64,000 nt of DNA from a bacterium (GCA_963663405.2 CAXXSM010000148.1:1-64000), one strand, 5' to 3'. Positions 11,101 to 21,746 are shown, counted from the stretch's first letter. Notes: a model not told the origin generated them from the letters alone. Program-made: numbers and translations.

Positions 11101-11249
11101 AAGGCTGTGGGCTTGGATTAGCGAGCGCCTATGGCGTCGTCAAAGAACACTATGGATGGATTCACGTCGACAGCGAACCCGGCCGGGGCACGCGGATTAA
11201 AATTTATTTACCTGTTGGCGATCATGAAGAAACGGAGACTCTCATGTGA
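8154..11249 (+). CDS. Sensor histidine kinase (periplasmic beta-propeller + Y_Y_Y, TM, HisKA, HATPase); N-terminus interrupted by the MITE
   Basis: ED..G.LW propeller repeats, YRLD..EWS / LRPGSHLFEVR, TM after PWYKEP, H-box GQLAGGVAHDFNNLL, N-box NLCVNARDA, DNGIGM, FEPFFSTK, GLGL. Confidence 0.9.
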   Translation: MWIVLFTNTAGIVWADDRLFFRYWDFTDGLGESYVSNLSVDASGSIWVNHGDVTRMSWFDGYHIHNIKSPGSDVKVYHSLSGQIWSISTEGLLEYKNEEWILHPKDDSVDQDYGFSRTSFFPIQEDRILYLLPTKLMEYDAGRKQAKILFPVRNTKLGRFRHFSPARDGGLWITGEKGIAKIYPKDDRYLPESKWDEFLPPDELGLSNFQLPYEDWEGNLNTIAVEEISRKRVLTRFDGQSISVQYSSDEDIIRGWNDIDDGLWLVKYPSQNISRKRTNQTEKRIEEDDLSGTIHDVALEVDGAFWLGTSQNLVRYAPPLWRTPPEIENVQSPVHAIHEDNNGRLWFACTSSLVLFDKGQWKEYPFPDDSRSSYNSTQSLCSLPDGRLAIQTRKRRRELLIFNPQQEKFDIIAHTPNRKIRHIAARPDGGLLLQTGDEEDFRLETFDGTDFNVLLDSSTPWGFTHIRYLYEKKNGDLLIGGTDGLALYRNGAYRVLPIDRDNGAFCIEETADGTIWIGGRDKIVAIQDEGFSIVWGGIDKARSMIATQNKDVWVAAGNGLHWYRDGSWITHTKYEGLPSTITYTVFEDSQGRLWAGTARGISLYHPNADSDPPETVIDPNKNLSEISSRGEDRLVYEGIDKWKFTQKERLLFSYRLDDGEWSLFQNEADTSLRELRPGSHLFEVRTMDLNRNIDPTPASFQFVVLLPWYKEPVFLLLSSTSCLTILFLIGLAISRHMRLKKRTVDLDSAYQSLKEENTKRIQAENERKGLEAQYLQSQKMEVVGQLAGGVAHDFNNLLTIILGNLALATRQTAGKILTNLTNAQTAAKTAAKLVQQLLAFSRKTEFKLEPVPINSLIEDIYKLTKQVTDQKIEIVMRAMDDAPMILADARQIKSALMNLCVNARDAIEEAIVKDPSYIPEEGRFQITLETDRVEIDAEYCKQYSYAQPGSYALLSVSDNGIGMDQDTLRHIFEPFFSTKEVGKGCGLGLASAYGVVKEHYGWIHVDSEPGRGTRIKIYLPVGDHEETETLM

Positions 11250-11386
11250 TCAGAATCATACCATACTATTCCAGCGCCGGATGTAACATATTTTTCCTTC
11301 TCCGGATCGCCACATGGAGTTGTTCTTAACCTATCTACTTACTGTCTTACATTGAATTCAACTTCCAGTATATATCAATTTAATAA

Positions 11387-13012
11387 TCAGTTATTTCTCG
11401 CAGTTTGCCGGGATTCGTTATTATTCTTTGTATAACTTAATAGGCCGGAAAGTTCTTCTATTTTTTGGGTATAAATCAGCAGTTTGTCTGGATTCGTTAC
11501 TATTTTGTTCTGACTTAACTCTATATAAATGTCCATTGCTTTGATATACATAGTTTTCGCTTGTTCTAGATCCTTGAGTTGGTAGTTAATAAACCCCAAT
11601 TTCGTATAATCCTTCGCGACATTCTCCTGTAATCCGAGTTGCGCATTGATCTCCACCGCTTTCTCGAACAAGCGTTTCGCTTCTTCCAGATCACCTTTCG
11701 TATTGTAGTTTTCCGCTTGTTTTTCTAGTTGGATAACTTGATAGCGTTGATGAATAGGAAGGATGATTCGAAAATAGGTTCGATCCTTATCAAAGTCAAA
11801 CTGCGCTCTTGGAGAACCATTGAGCCGCATATGTTTCTGTATTTTTGTTATCCCCGTCCCTTGCATTTCGGCCAAATTCAATTCTTTTAAGAAATCCCCA
11901 ATGCGGCGGTTTCTCGCCGGCACAGCGGGGATGAAAGCGTCCGGTTCAAAATGTTTTAGATCAATCCCCTGCACGGGACCTGGATAACTTGTTATCTCCA
12001 TTCGGTCTGAATATATACGAATTTTTACAGGATCTCGTGGACTATTATAACCACGATGGAATACCGCGTTGACAATGGCTTCTTCCATCGCCGCATACGG
12101 ATACGGGATCGTTCGTTCCGCTTCTGCTTGACCGGGAATTTTTTGAACGATCCGCCCGGTGATCCCTTTTAGATAATTCAAGCAGGATTGAATTTGCAAA
12201 GGCAATGGGCCGCGGAATTCTCGCTCTTCAAATAGATCCCCCCCGGCTTCATCATCAAACTGCGCGGTTTCAATGTAAGCGCCGGGGTAAAACATATCCG
12301 GCGAGTCATTAAAAAAGAGCAACGCGATGTTTCGCGGAACTTCGTGCTCATTGATGGGGAATAACAGCCGAAGCTTCCGGTAGACGTTCAGACGATCGAT
12401 TTCGGAATGACTTTCCGCGAGAGAACTATTAATGTCTTGTAAGTATTTTCTCACAAGGGGGTAGGAGATATTTTCCAATTTTCCTTCTAAACTCCGCCGG
12501 TCATCAAAGGGAACTTTGGCTGTTTGTTCGAGTAATTGCCGTTGCAGGTCACCGGCCGCTTCCACCGTGCAGGAGCCGGAACGAACCCAATACTTTTTAT
12601 TTTTACTGTCTTTGCCATACGCTGCGTAAGGGCGATTGTCGCCCGCGGGCGCCCAGATAATGAGGATCGTCTTTTCTTGATACTTTTCTACAAAAATGTA
12701 AGGTAAATATTCGGGAGATATTTTTCCTTTACTCTCTCCGGCGATCTCTCTTTGTATGCGATCGACATCAAACGTATCCAATCCCCTTGGAGGCAAAACG
12801 GCCTGTCCCCTATCATCAGTATCCAAGCCAAGAATGATATACCCTCCATTCAAATTCAATAGATCATTCGCAAACGCGCAGATTGTCCGGATCGTGGAAT
12901 CTTTAATTATGTCATTCCACGTTCCTTTAAATTCCACTCGATGAGTTTCTATCCTTGTTTGATAGATTAAGTTTTCTAGATTGAAGGGTAATTTGTTGTC
13001 AAACACGATCAA
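11387..13012 (-). CDS. AlbA_2 (Schlafen-like) DNA-binding + HATPase_c_4 domain protein with C-terminal TPRs
   Basis: ETHRVEFKG...ICAFAND...GGYIILG, EAIVNAVFHRGY, RNRRIGDFLKEL..E..GTG, TPR-like GDLEEAKRLFEKAVEI. Confidence 0.8.
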   Translation of the reverse strand: MIVFDNKLPFNLENLIYQTRIETHRVEFKGTWNDIIKDSTIRTICAFANDLLNLNGGYIILGLDTDDRGQAVLPPRGLDTFDVDRIQREIAGESKGKISPEYLPYIFVEKYQEKTILIIWAPAGDNRPYAAYGKDSKNKKYWVRSGSCTVEAAGDLQRQLLEQTAKVPFDDRRSLEGKLENISYPLVRKYLQDINSSLAESHSEIDRLNVYRKLRLLFPINEHEVPRNIALLFFNDSPDMFYPGAYIETAQFDDEAGGDLFEEREFRGPLPLQIQSCLNYLKGITGRIVQKIPGQAEAERTIPYPYAAMEEAIVNAVFHRGYNSPRDPVKIRIYSDRMEITSYPGPVQGIDLKHFEPDAFIPAVPARNRRIGDFLKELNLAEMQGTGITKIQKHMRLNGSPRAQFDFDKDRTYFRIILPIHQRYQVIQLEKQAENYNTKGDLEEAKRLFEKAVEINAQLGLQENVAKDYTKLGFINYQLKDLEQAKTMYIKAMDIYIELSQNKIVTNPDKLLIYTQKIEELSGLLSYTKNNNESRQTARNN

Positions 13013-13075
13013 CTCTATTTTATGATTTTATCTACATTATATTCTATTCTTAAATTCATAGAATTAGCATATCGT

Positions 13076-14335
13076 TCACCGTTTCAATCCTCTATAAAAT
13101 TGAAGCAAACTTTTCATCAAGACAACCCCTGAATCAATGTTTTCTTGTTTTGTGAATAGGGCGCCACCTCCTTCACAGAGGATGGCAGTGATACCGAATT
13201 GTAGATGGGGACCGTTGGTCCAGTAAGTTGGATTGGGATCAGTGGTTTTTGATTTGGCTAATGGTTTGACAAGCTGGTGAGGATCGTTTCGCCCCATAAT
13301 CTTTTTTAATTCTGTCCACGGACCTGCTTGGGCGCCTATTTCTGGGCCGGGGATGATGATTGGTTCGACGATCCCGCCCCACGTGTGCATGCTCCAGAGA
13401 TCCGTCACCGGCGCGTCCGAAGCCATCAAGGCTTCCAAATCCTTTTGGCAGAGGTACGCTTCATGCGCCTGCTTCTCCGCATCGGCGCCATTGACAAAAT
13501 ACGAGCGGTTCATGTCCACGCCCTGCGCGTTAACTCGGTACCAGCCATTGGAAGGCGCGTCGGGGCTCATCATCGGGATAAAGTGGCAGACACTGCGTGC
13601 CCGGTCCTCCTCCGCTTCCGGACTTAGCAGCCAGTCGATCATACCCGCCATGCGCCATTGGGAATTATGCTCACCTGGATGTTGGTTCGCGAAGTAATGA
13701 ACCCAGCGTTTGCCTACTGGATGGGGGCTTTTTGGATCGGTGATCGTTAGACGGTAGATGTTCCGGCCGCCCAGGGACTGTCCTATCACGTGTACTTGAA
13801 TAAAAGGGCTTTGTCTCCAATGGTCTATCAAACTCTCTAAATCTTTATACGAGAGGGGGACTTGGTGGCCTACAATTACACTGTCTTCGGTAAATGTGGG
13901 GAAAATCAACGTATCCCCTTCCGCCGAATTCGTGGAATTCCGAGTCCAATGAACCGGGGTCCAGTTCTCTCCATCATACGACCAGGAGTGGAAATACTCG
14001 TTGAAGATATACCGGTCTCCTCCAAGGAAGACAACGTCTAGTTTCAGCGCATTTCCTTTCGCATGGCGTTTGATGCGGAACTGCAATTTGTTGCACCAAT
14101 CCGGATGCTGGGGCGCATGGCTCAATATCACTTTAAAATGATTCTCCCCAATTTTCTCGATTGTGGTTCCTTGTGATCCCAGCGGCTCGTTAAAAGAGAA
14201 ATCATCAACCGATAACGATTGGCTTTTTGTTTCCGCGTGATTCGAAAATGACACTATAAGCATTCCTAATAGCGCGATCGCGCCTGCGCGTTTGAGAAAT
14301 TGCGCTCTTATTATCTTCATAGCTATCGAGGTCAA
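13076..14335 (-). CDS. Secreted M14-family zinc carboxypeptidase-like protein
   Basis: QHPGE (HxxE), RVNAQGVDMNR, SMHTW; signal peptide. Confidence 0.75.
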   Translation of the reverse strand: MTSIAMKIIRAQFLKRAGAIALLGMLIVSFSNHAETKSQSLSVDDFSFNEPLGSQGTTIEKIGENHFKVILSHAPQHPDWCNKLQFRIKRHAKGNALKLDVVFLGGDRYIFNEYFHSWSYDGENWTPVHWTRNSTNSAEGDTLIFPTFTEDSVIVGHQVPLSYKDLESLIDHWRQSPFIQVHVIGQSLGGRNIYRLTITDPKSPHPVGKRWVHYFANQHPGEHNSQWRMAGMIDWLLSPEAEEDRARSVCHFIPMMSPDAPSNGWYRVNAQGVDMNRSYFVNGADAEKQAHEAYLCQKDLEALMASDAPVTDLWSMHTWGGIVEPIIIPGPEIGAQAGPWTELKKIMGRNDPHQLVKPLAKSKTTDPNPTYWTNGPHLQFGITAILCEGGGALFTKQENIDSGVVLMKSLLQFYRGLKR

Positions 14336-14381
14336 CGTATGATCTCCTCGAAATTCCGATCATAGACACTCAATCGGTTTC

Positions 14382-15629
14382 TTATTTCACAATACTGCTG
14401 ATATCCAATAAATACATCTGCCGTTTGCCGGAGTGCAGGGAATCGATACAAACCGATTTTCCATCCCGGCTCCAGCGGCCATGCAGGTCACAGCGGGTTT
14501 GTCCTTTGAACTCCTTGTCGAGATAGAAGCGTCCCAGTTTAACTAACTTTGAATCGGAAGGGCGGAGCAGCATCAAGTTTTGCATCCGTTCTTTATCGGG
14601 ATAGGTGTCTGTTAGAATCCATGTTCCATCCGGTGAGTACGTGCAATGCCCGTCCCGTGTCAAAATCTCTTCTCCGATAATTTCCTTTTTGCTGGTTTGA
14701 TCGGTGTACAGATAAAACTTGTTTCCGGTTTCCGGTTCGGTGGACCAGGCTAAGATTTGTTTCGAATTGCGCCAGATGAAATGGGAAACCATACCATGAT
14801 CGGCGACACGGAAAATATCTTCCCCAGTCGTGGAGGCTGTAAACATGCGCGTATACCAGCCCTTCTCTCCATCGGGTTGCTTTTGCCATCGGTGAAGAAA
14901 AATGAAGCGCGTTCCATCCGGATTGAACAGCAGATGATTGAACCAGTGTTTCCCTTCACCATCCATGGGGGATTCACTGGGGATCGCCGCGATCTGATCG
15001 AGTGAAATAATTAATTTCGCTTCGCCTGTTTTGAGATCGACGCGGAAGATCCCATCCTCTTTTGGATGGAGCTGATCGGCGCCGGGATCGGTGATCCCCA
15101 CGTATCCATAGCCCGGTCTTGTGTCGTTCAACCGGGCGAAGTTGACGCTTAATCCCCATTTCCCATCCGGACTGACCGTATAGATCGCACGCGGAAGAAC
15201 GCGTTTTTCCCCCGTAAACACATCCTGAACGATCGAGATGAATTCTCCTTCTCGGCGGCTGTTGTAGATGACTTCGCTCTTGGAGCCCGGCAGCCATTGC
15301 AGCATACAACCTTGCTGCCAAGACCAGGCGCTTGTCTGTGCGAACTCGATCCAGCGATCGCCGTCTTCCAAATCGGCCATCCCTAACCGGATCACATCAT
15401 CCGGTTGGGGCGCGCGGTTGTTGAAATCGATCTCCATTCCCAACACATAGCGCCCGCTTTCATCGAACTGGTATTTGTCATAATAGGAAAACCAGTGGGA
15501 CTGCGGTCCTTTTGTTATTGCGCGCACGGGAACATAGGCTTCACAAAGTTTTTCAGGGGACTGCGCTAAAAGAATTCCCGGGGATAAAAGAAATACAAAA
15601 ACGAATACGAAGAACAGTCGTTGAAGCAT
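14382..15629 (-). CDS. Secreted TolB/oligogalacturonate-lyase-like beta-propeller protein
   Basis: HWFSYYD, AWSWQQGCMLQW, HWFNHLLFNPDG, DGHCTYSPDG, RCDLHGRWSRDG. Signal peptide starts at MLQRLFF (15629). Confidence 0.7.
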   Translation of the reverse strand: MLQRLFFVFVFVFLLSPGILLAQSPEKLCEAYVPVRAITKGPQSHWFSYYDKYQFDESGRYVLGMEIDFNNRAPQPDDVIRLGMADLEDGDRWIEFAQTSAWSWQQGCMLQWLPGSKSEVIYNSRREGEFISIVQDVFTGEKRVLPRAIYTVSPDGKWGLSVNFARLNDTRPGYGYVGITDPGADQLHPKEDGIFRVDLKTGEAKLIISLDQIAAIPSESPMDGEGKHWFNHLLFNPDGTRFIFLHRWQKQPDGEKGWYTRMFTASTTGEDIFRVADHGMVSHFIWRNSKQILAWSTEPETGNKFYLYTDQTSKKEIIGEEILTRDGHCTYSPDGTWILTDTYPDKERMQNLMLLRPSDSKLVKLGRFYLDKEFKGQTRCDLHGRWSRDGKSVCIDSLHSGKRQMYLLDISSIVK

Positions 15630-15735
15630 CTTTAAATTCTCCAATTCTAGTGTATTGATCATGGCAAGTATGAATGTATCATACATCCTATATTTTACGA
15701 GGGAACGATCGAAGGGAAATACCGTGGATGGAGGC

Positions 15736-16335
15736 ATGGCGCAGCGAATTGGTTTTTACGGAGGCGGATTCGATCCGATTCATATCGGGCATCTGATCTT
15801 GGCGCAGACGGCGATTGAATCATTGGACTTGAACCGTGTCATTCTTATGCCCACGGGTGGATCGCCCTACTACAAAGAACAGGAAAAGCGCGCGTCCGGC
15901 TCTGACCGGTTGGCGATGGCGCGGTTGGCCGCCGCGTCCCACCCAAAGATCGAAGTGAGTTCATACGAAGTTGACAGCGAGCGTTTCTGTTATACGATCG
16001 ACACGCTGCGTCATTTGAAATCCGAATCGCCTCCTGGTTCGGAGATCATTTTACTTGTCGGCGGTGATTGGAAAGACAAACTGCCCTATTGGAAAGATGG
16101 CGATCGTATCGTTGAAGAATTCACCACCGCCATTTTCTCGCGTCCAGGTTTTTTACGCGAGCTGAGTCCGGAAAAATCAGAGGAGGAAAGCGGGCGGATT
16201 CTTTATCTCTCGATGCCATTGATCGATATATCCTCGTCCACCATTCGCGAACGCGTAAAGAAGGGGCTTTCGATTCAATTCTTTGTCCCTGATCCCGTGA
16301 GGGAATATATTGAACGACATGGGTGTTATCTCTGA
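15736..16335 (+). CDS. nadD: Nicotinate-nucleotide adenylyltransferase
   Basis: GGGFDPIHIGH, YTIDTL, ISSSTIRER; GGAGG RBS before ATG 15736. Confidence 0.92.
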   Translation: MAQRIGFYGGGFDPIHIGHLILAQTAIESLDLNRVILMPTGGSPYYKEQEKRASGSDRLAMARLAAASHPKIEVSSYEVDSERFCYTIDTLRHLKSESPPGSEIILLVGGDWKDKLPYWKDGDRIVEEFTTAIFSRPGFLRELSPEKSEEESGRILYLSMPLIDISSSTIRERVKKGLSIQFFVPDPVREYIERHGCYL

Positions 16336-16427
16336 TCTCTCCCACTTCACAACGCTCTTGCCAAAGTCGTGTTACAGGTGGAAACTGATTAATATAAACT
16401 CAATATTTACGATAGGCGGCGAAACAG

Positions 16428-17480
16428 ATGAGCGGTGAGCAGGGCAAATGGGAACAACGGTGGCATCCGTTATGGCGCGAATGGGTGATCTATTCGGCTC
16501 ATCGCAATCAGCGTCCGTGGAGCGGCGCTTCGGTTCCGCCTTCTTCAAGCGCGCCCGCCTATGATCCCGAATGTTATCTCTGTCCAGGGAACGCCCGCAT
16601 TCATGGACACCGGAATCCCGATTACAAAGATATATTTATTTTTGATAACGATCACCCCGTTGTAGGGCCGGACGCGCCTGATATCCCTATAGATCAACGA
16701 GAACTCCACAGCGGTTTATACCGCCGCGAGCGCGCCAATGGAATCGCGCGCGTCGTCTGTTTCGATCCCCGGCACAACGTAACGCTGGCTCAATTGTCCT
16801 TGGGACAAATGACGAAAGTGGCCCAAGCCTGGAGCGCTCAAACCCGCGAATTATACGAACACCCGGATATCCGCTACGTGCTCATTTTTGAAAACAAGGG
16901 AGAAATCGTCGGCGTTTCCAATCCCCATCCCCACTGTCAAATCTATGCGGCGAACTGCGTGTTCACGATTGTGGAGCGGGAACTTGAATCCGCGGCGCTC
17001 TACAAAAACGAGACGGGAAACAATCTATTCGCTTCAATTATCGAAGCGGAACAGGAAGATGGTATCCGGGTTCTCGCCGAAAATGAGAATGCGATCGCCT
17101 TCATTCCTTTTTTTGCCCGGTACGCGTATGAGACGCACATTTTCCCGAAGCGCCGCCACGCTACGATGCGAACGCTAACGGTGGCAGAAGAACGCGATCT
17201 GGCGGATGTGTATCTTCAAGTAATCCGCCGGTTCGATCTGCTTTATGGGATGTCATTCCCTTATGTGATGTCGATCCTGCAAGCGCCCGTGGATGGAGGA
17301 GAATATCCCAATTATCATTTCCATTTGTTTTTCCAACCCCCGCTGCGGCGCCCTGGTTTGAAAAAATTTCCCGCCGGACCTGAAATCGGGGGCGGTAATT
17401 TTATGGCCGACACGATCCCGGAAGAGAAAGCCTGGGAATTGAAGCAAGTCGATTTAACGGCGTTTCAAGAAATGGATTGA
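16428..17480 (+). CDS. galT: Galactose-1-phosphate uridylyltransferase
   Basis: R..RPW, CYLCPGN, FENKG...GVSNPHPHCQ catalytic motif. Confidence 0.92.
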   Translation: MSGEQGKWEQRWHPLWREWVIYSAHRNQRPWSGASVPPSSSAPAYDPECYLCPGNARIHGHRNPDYKDIFIFDNDHPVVGPDAPDIPIDQRELHSGLYRRERANGIARVVCFDPRHNVTLAQLSLGQMTKVAQAWSAQTRELYEHPDIRYVLIFENKGEIVGVSNPHPHCQIYAANCVFTIVERELESAALYKNETGNNLFASIIEAEQEDGIRVLAENENAIAFIPFFARYAYETHIFPKRRHATMRTLTVAEERDLADVYLQVIRRFDLLYGMSFPYVMSILQAPVDGGEYPNYHFHLFFQPPLRRPGLKKFPAGPEIGGGNFMADTIPEEKAWELKQVDLTAFQEMD

Positions 17481-17484
17481 TTGT

Positions 17485-18499
17485 ATGGACTATTCGTTTC
17501 TAAAAGAGATACTCTGTGAGACCGGATTGCGGATCTGCCGACGCGTTCATCATTCCCTGCATACTCAATCCCTGGAGGAGCGCGCCGCCGTCCATTCGGA
17601 ATCCAGCGATGACACGATCTATCAGATCGATCGTGATGTGGAAGATTTATTGATCGAAGAGATCGAAACCCATGCGGAGGAACTAGGCGGCGTTGTTCTT
17701 GTCGCGGAAGGTCTCGAACGTGAAGGGGAACTCTACACGGCTCCCAACAGTATTGATCCGGCTGACGCCGCCTGGCGGATTCTGATGGACCCGATCGATG
17801 GCACTCGCGGGATCATGTACGACAAACGTTCGGCGTTCTATCTCGCGGGGGCCGCTCCAAACCGGGGCGAATCCACTACAATTCAGGATATTGAACTGGC
17901 CGTGATGGTGGAAATCCCCACATCGCGCAGTTATCTGAGCGATACGCTATGGGCGATTAAAGGCGAAGGCGCGCGCCGGTTTACACACGACTTGAAAACC
18001 GGCGCCGTTAAACCCCGCTCAATCACACCCTCCACATCTTCAACCATTTTAGGAGGATTCGCGCAAATTTCGCGCTTCTTCCCACCAGGCCGTAATATTC
18101 TCGCTCAAATCGATGAAGAGATTATCCAAACACTATTCCCTAACGCGCCGGAAGGACGGGCGATTCTCTTTGAAGACCAATATATCTCAACGGGGGGGCA
18201 ATTTTACGAAATGCTGATCGGGCACGACCGGTTCAACGCCGATCTGCGCGCGAGTCTCTACCGGCGGATGCGGGGGGATGGATTCACTGCCGGGGCTTAC
18301 ATGTCACCCTTACGATATCTGCGCCCAACTTATCGGCGCCGAGGCGGGATTGCTCATTACAGGGATCGATGGCGCTCCTCTTAATACGCCTTTCGACACG
18401 ACGTATCCCGTCGATTGGATTGGTTACGCCAATCCCGCGATCCGCCAGGAAGTAGAACCGGTTCTGCAAGATGTTTTAAAACAACACGGACTATTATGA
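17485..18499 (+). CDS. Inositol monophosphatase/FIG-superfamily protein (frameshift near 18280)
   Basis: DPIDGT motif; the C-terminal CHPYD...AEAG..ITG.DG part lies in ORF 18278-18499. Confidence 0.8.
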
Positions 18500-19404
18500 T
18501 GTCTCCTGCGCAATAATCTCTCCCACAGCGTGCTGTTTCCCTCGAATCAAGTCTAACGATCCCACGACCGCCCCGGTGACGATAGAGACCATCGCGATCA
18601 CGGATATCCAAGTAAGTGGATGACCGCCTAGAATCGCGAGAAAGAGTGTCGCTGTGAATGGAGTCATGTAGGAGAGTGAACCGATAATTCGGGGATCGCC
18701 CATTTTCATGGCGGCGTCCCATGTGAAGAACGCCGCTCCCATCGGCCCTGCGCCGGTGATAAGAAGCAGAAACCATTCCCATGCGCTGAATGATAGAATC
18801 ATGTCAAATGAATATGATTGCAGGAAATAGACGCCCATCGCGAGCAGGCCGGAGAAAAGGCAAAATCCACCGACCGCGCTGTCGGAAAGCTGGGCAGGCG
18901 TTTTGTCATTAGCGAATAGAGCGCCCACACCAACGCGCCGCCTCCCGCGTAACAATATCCGGTCAGGTTGGCTGTATCCAATTGGAACCGGCCGCTGGTT
19001 ACGATCAACGCGGCGCCGGTAAATCCAAACGCGCCTCCAAGATAATGATGGAGCCGCAGCCGATAGCCGGAAAAAAAGAGTGGAGTCAGCAATACGATCA
19101 GCAGTTGCCAGAGATCGTTGACCAGGTTTACTTCAATCGCGGGCGCGTAGTGAAATGCGGTAAAAAACAAGAAATGATAGCCAAAAATCCCCCCTACTCC
19201 CACAGCGAACGTGCGCCAAGGCACACGCCAGGATCGATAGGTATATGCGCTGGCGAAGCCACACATACAAAGAGTGATCCCAGCAAGCAAAAATGGGGGG
19301 ATATGCTTTAACCGGGCGTATAGATAGACTCCCAGACTCCAAAGAGCGATTGTGATCAAAGCGAGAATGACAGCAAGAAATGATCTCTTATCCTGTGAAT
19401 GCAC
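18494..19404 (-). CDS. EamA/DMT family transporter (frameshifted)
   Basis: Two hydrophobic ORFs (18799-19404, 18494-18955): APAIEVNLVNDLW, WDAAMKMGDPRIIGSLSYMTP. Confidence 0.8.
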
Positions 19405-19407
19405 GAT

Positions 19408-20852
19408 TTACCAGATCCACTCCATCCCCTCTTTTTCGTACAGTTCTTTCAGTTTTTTATAGTAAGTTTCTGTCATTGATTGATTGTATCGATCGACAAT
19501 GCTGAGATCTTCCGGGATCTCTCCTTGATCGCCGGTTTCTTCAATCCAGTGTTGGAGCCGGTCCCGCATGAGCTGCAGCGTCCCCGCATAGTTGGGATCA
19601 ACGGCGAGGTTATGGACTTCGTGTGGATCGTTGGAGAGATCGTACAATTCTTCCATCGGCCGGGCGGGCGCCATGAAACGCGCCTGTTCGGGAGTGAGTT
19701 TCCCTTGTTTAAAAAGCCGGCGCATCAGCCGAAGGACAGGATACGACGTTTCCTTATATCGGTTCAGCTGAGTATAAGGCCGTTCGGGGTGGAAATTCCG
19801 GATGTATTTGAACCGTTTATCCCGCACGCAACGGATGCGGTCCACAGTTTCATCGCACCGGTCACGCGCCGCGATGATGTATTCCCGCGCCGCTTCGTTT
19901 GGGCCAACAAACCGTCCTTCCATTTTTGTTTTAGAAATATCAACACCCGCCAGAACTAGACTTGTCGCTGCGACATCGATCGAACTGATCATATCGTCTC
20001 TAACGGTTCCCGGTTCGATCTCTCCCGGCCATCGCGCAATGAGGGGAATATGAATGCCGCCGTCGTAGAGCCATTGCTTGCCTCGCACATGACACCCGCC
20101 CATGATCACCCCATAAAGATAACAATCGTATTATCCGCCAGCCCATCGTCTTCCAGTTTTTTAAGGACGGCGCCGACTTTTCGATCCAAATGGCCGATGG
20201 TATCTAGATACAACGCCCAGTCTTCGCGTGTAATGGGATGATCAGGATAGTAGGGAGGCAGAACAACATCCGCTGGATCGGTGGGATTCTCATCTAATTT
20301 CTTGAATTTCCTGTGCGCCTCAGGGAAATTGATCTCGGCGAAAAACGGCTGTGATGATTTCAATTGATCCCAATCATCTCCATCAAATGGCTTTTCAACC
20401 TTGAAATTAAAATCCGTCTTCCCGGCGCCTTTCAATGTATTGGTAATTCGTTTTATATTCGCGGTGAAATAGCCTACATCCCGGAAATAATCCGTGATTA
20501 AACGGACACCATCCGGCAGGCGGTAGCCATCCTGGCGATGGCTGCGATGGTTGTGCGCGCCGATGGAGGTTTGGTACATCCCCGTATGCAATGCCGAACG
20601 CGCGGCGGAACAGACCGGCGCTGTTGTAAACGCGTTGGTAAATCGGACACCTTCACTCGCAAGCCGGTCGATATTGGGTGTCTGCGCCAACGATTCTCCA
20701 TAACACCCCAGATCCGGGGAGAGATCTTCCGCCAGAATCCAAAGAATATTGGGCCGGTTCGCTTGCGCCATACTGCGTTGTGCTCCTACAGAAAGCAGAA
20801 ACGCAGGCAGAGCGCCTGTGGTGGTTAGGAATTGTCTCCGGGTTGATGTCAT
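19408..20852 (-). CDS. Tat-exported Cys-type sulfatase (frameshift near 20107)
   Basis: TRRQFL Tat motif, RPNILWILAED, CSAARSALHTG, C-terminal EELYDL..DPHE..NLA. Confidence 0.88.
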
Positions 20853-20915
20853 TGTCTGATCTCCAAATATAGCTGTATACAATCTGAACGAGCTGTGAGT
20901 ACTGCGCTTCATTTG

Positions 20916-21005
20916 TTTGAATCACGGAGGTCACGGAGGAGCGTGGATTGCGCGGAGAAAAATTCCGCGTGCACCGTGTGTTATCTGTGGAATCCGTGAT
21001 TCAAA
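20916..21005. repeat. Intergenic palindromic repeat element
   Basis: 13-bp inverted repeat TTTGAATCACGGA / TCCGTGATTCAAA with nested CACGGA/CCGTG units and an inner CGCGGA/TCCGCG stem. Confidence 0.65.
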
Positions 21006-21038
21006 ATTCAGTGTCCTTTATTCTTAATATTGACACTA

Positions 21039-21067
21039 TTCACGGGCGGGACGCCTGCGCTCCATTT
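21039..21067 (-). repeat. REP-like dispersed repeat, copy 1
   Basis: Reverse complement matches 55415-55443 at 28/29 nt (AAATGGA[G/A]CGCAGGCGTCCCGCCCGTGAA). Confidence 0.75.
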
Positions 21068-21257
21068 ACTGTAAGGCAAGATGGAAATTTTTATCTATAG
21101 TCATACATGTAAGGATGGATTAATAGTTAATTCGAGCAGTAAATAAATTCGAATAAGCGATTTACGGCGAAATGGAAAAGTCTAACGCTATTTGATAATT
21201 CTCCAAACTTAGAATAAAATGACGGTGGTTACAATCTAACTGATTTTATTTACTATA

Positions 21258-21386
21258 GAAGAAGACGAGAATTTCGATTTCGAGGAAGCTTTGCGTTCAA
21301 TCAATTTCGAATTGGGCGATCTCAACGCTAAAGCCGTGCAATTGGCTACGGTCAAATCGAAAAATGTTAATGAACTGGGATTATGA
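21258..21386 (+). pseudogene. 3' remnant of a type I restriction-modification M subunit (hsdM-like)
   Basis: EEDENFDFEEALRSINFELGDLNAKAVQLATVKSKNVNELGL* resembles HsdM C-termini; the stop overlaps ATGAGT as at hsdM/hsdS junctions. Confidence 0.55.
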
Positions 21387-21503
21387 GTGATTCTTCTTAT
21401 AAAGAACCGAATATGGAAATAATGTGAAAAACAGCGCATATTAGACTCGATGCAATAAAATAGATATTGTGGAGTTTTTGAATCATCAAAATGGGAGAAC
21501 AGC

Positions 21504-21746
21504 ATGAAAGCGATAGAAATGGAAACCGTTATCGATCCCGACGGTAAATTACCCGATGCGTTTCATGAAGTCTTTGGTAGAAAAGCCCGCGTGATTGTTC
21601 TTTACCAGGAAGAGAACTCCAATCCTCCTTCCGATAATGATTCCACCCAATTGATGGAACTTGCCGGGAAAATCAATTCATTTCGAGAGATAGAGGATCC
21701 TTTGTCGTTTCAACGAAAATTGCGAGATGAATGGATGCGAGAATAG
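21504..21746 (+). CDS. Putative antitoxin (VapB-like)
   Basis: 80 aa, overlaps the PIN gene, ends DPLSFQRKLRDEW. Confidence 0.7.
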   Translation: MKAIEMETVIDPDGKLPDAFHEVFGRKARVIVLYQEENSNPPSDNDSTQLMELAGKINSFREIEDPLSFQRKLRDEWMRE

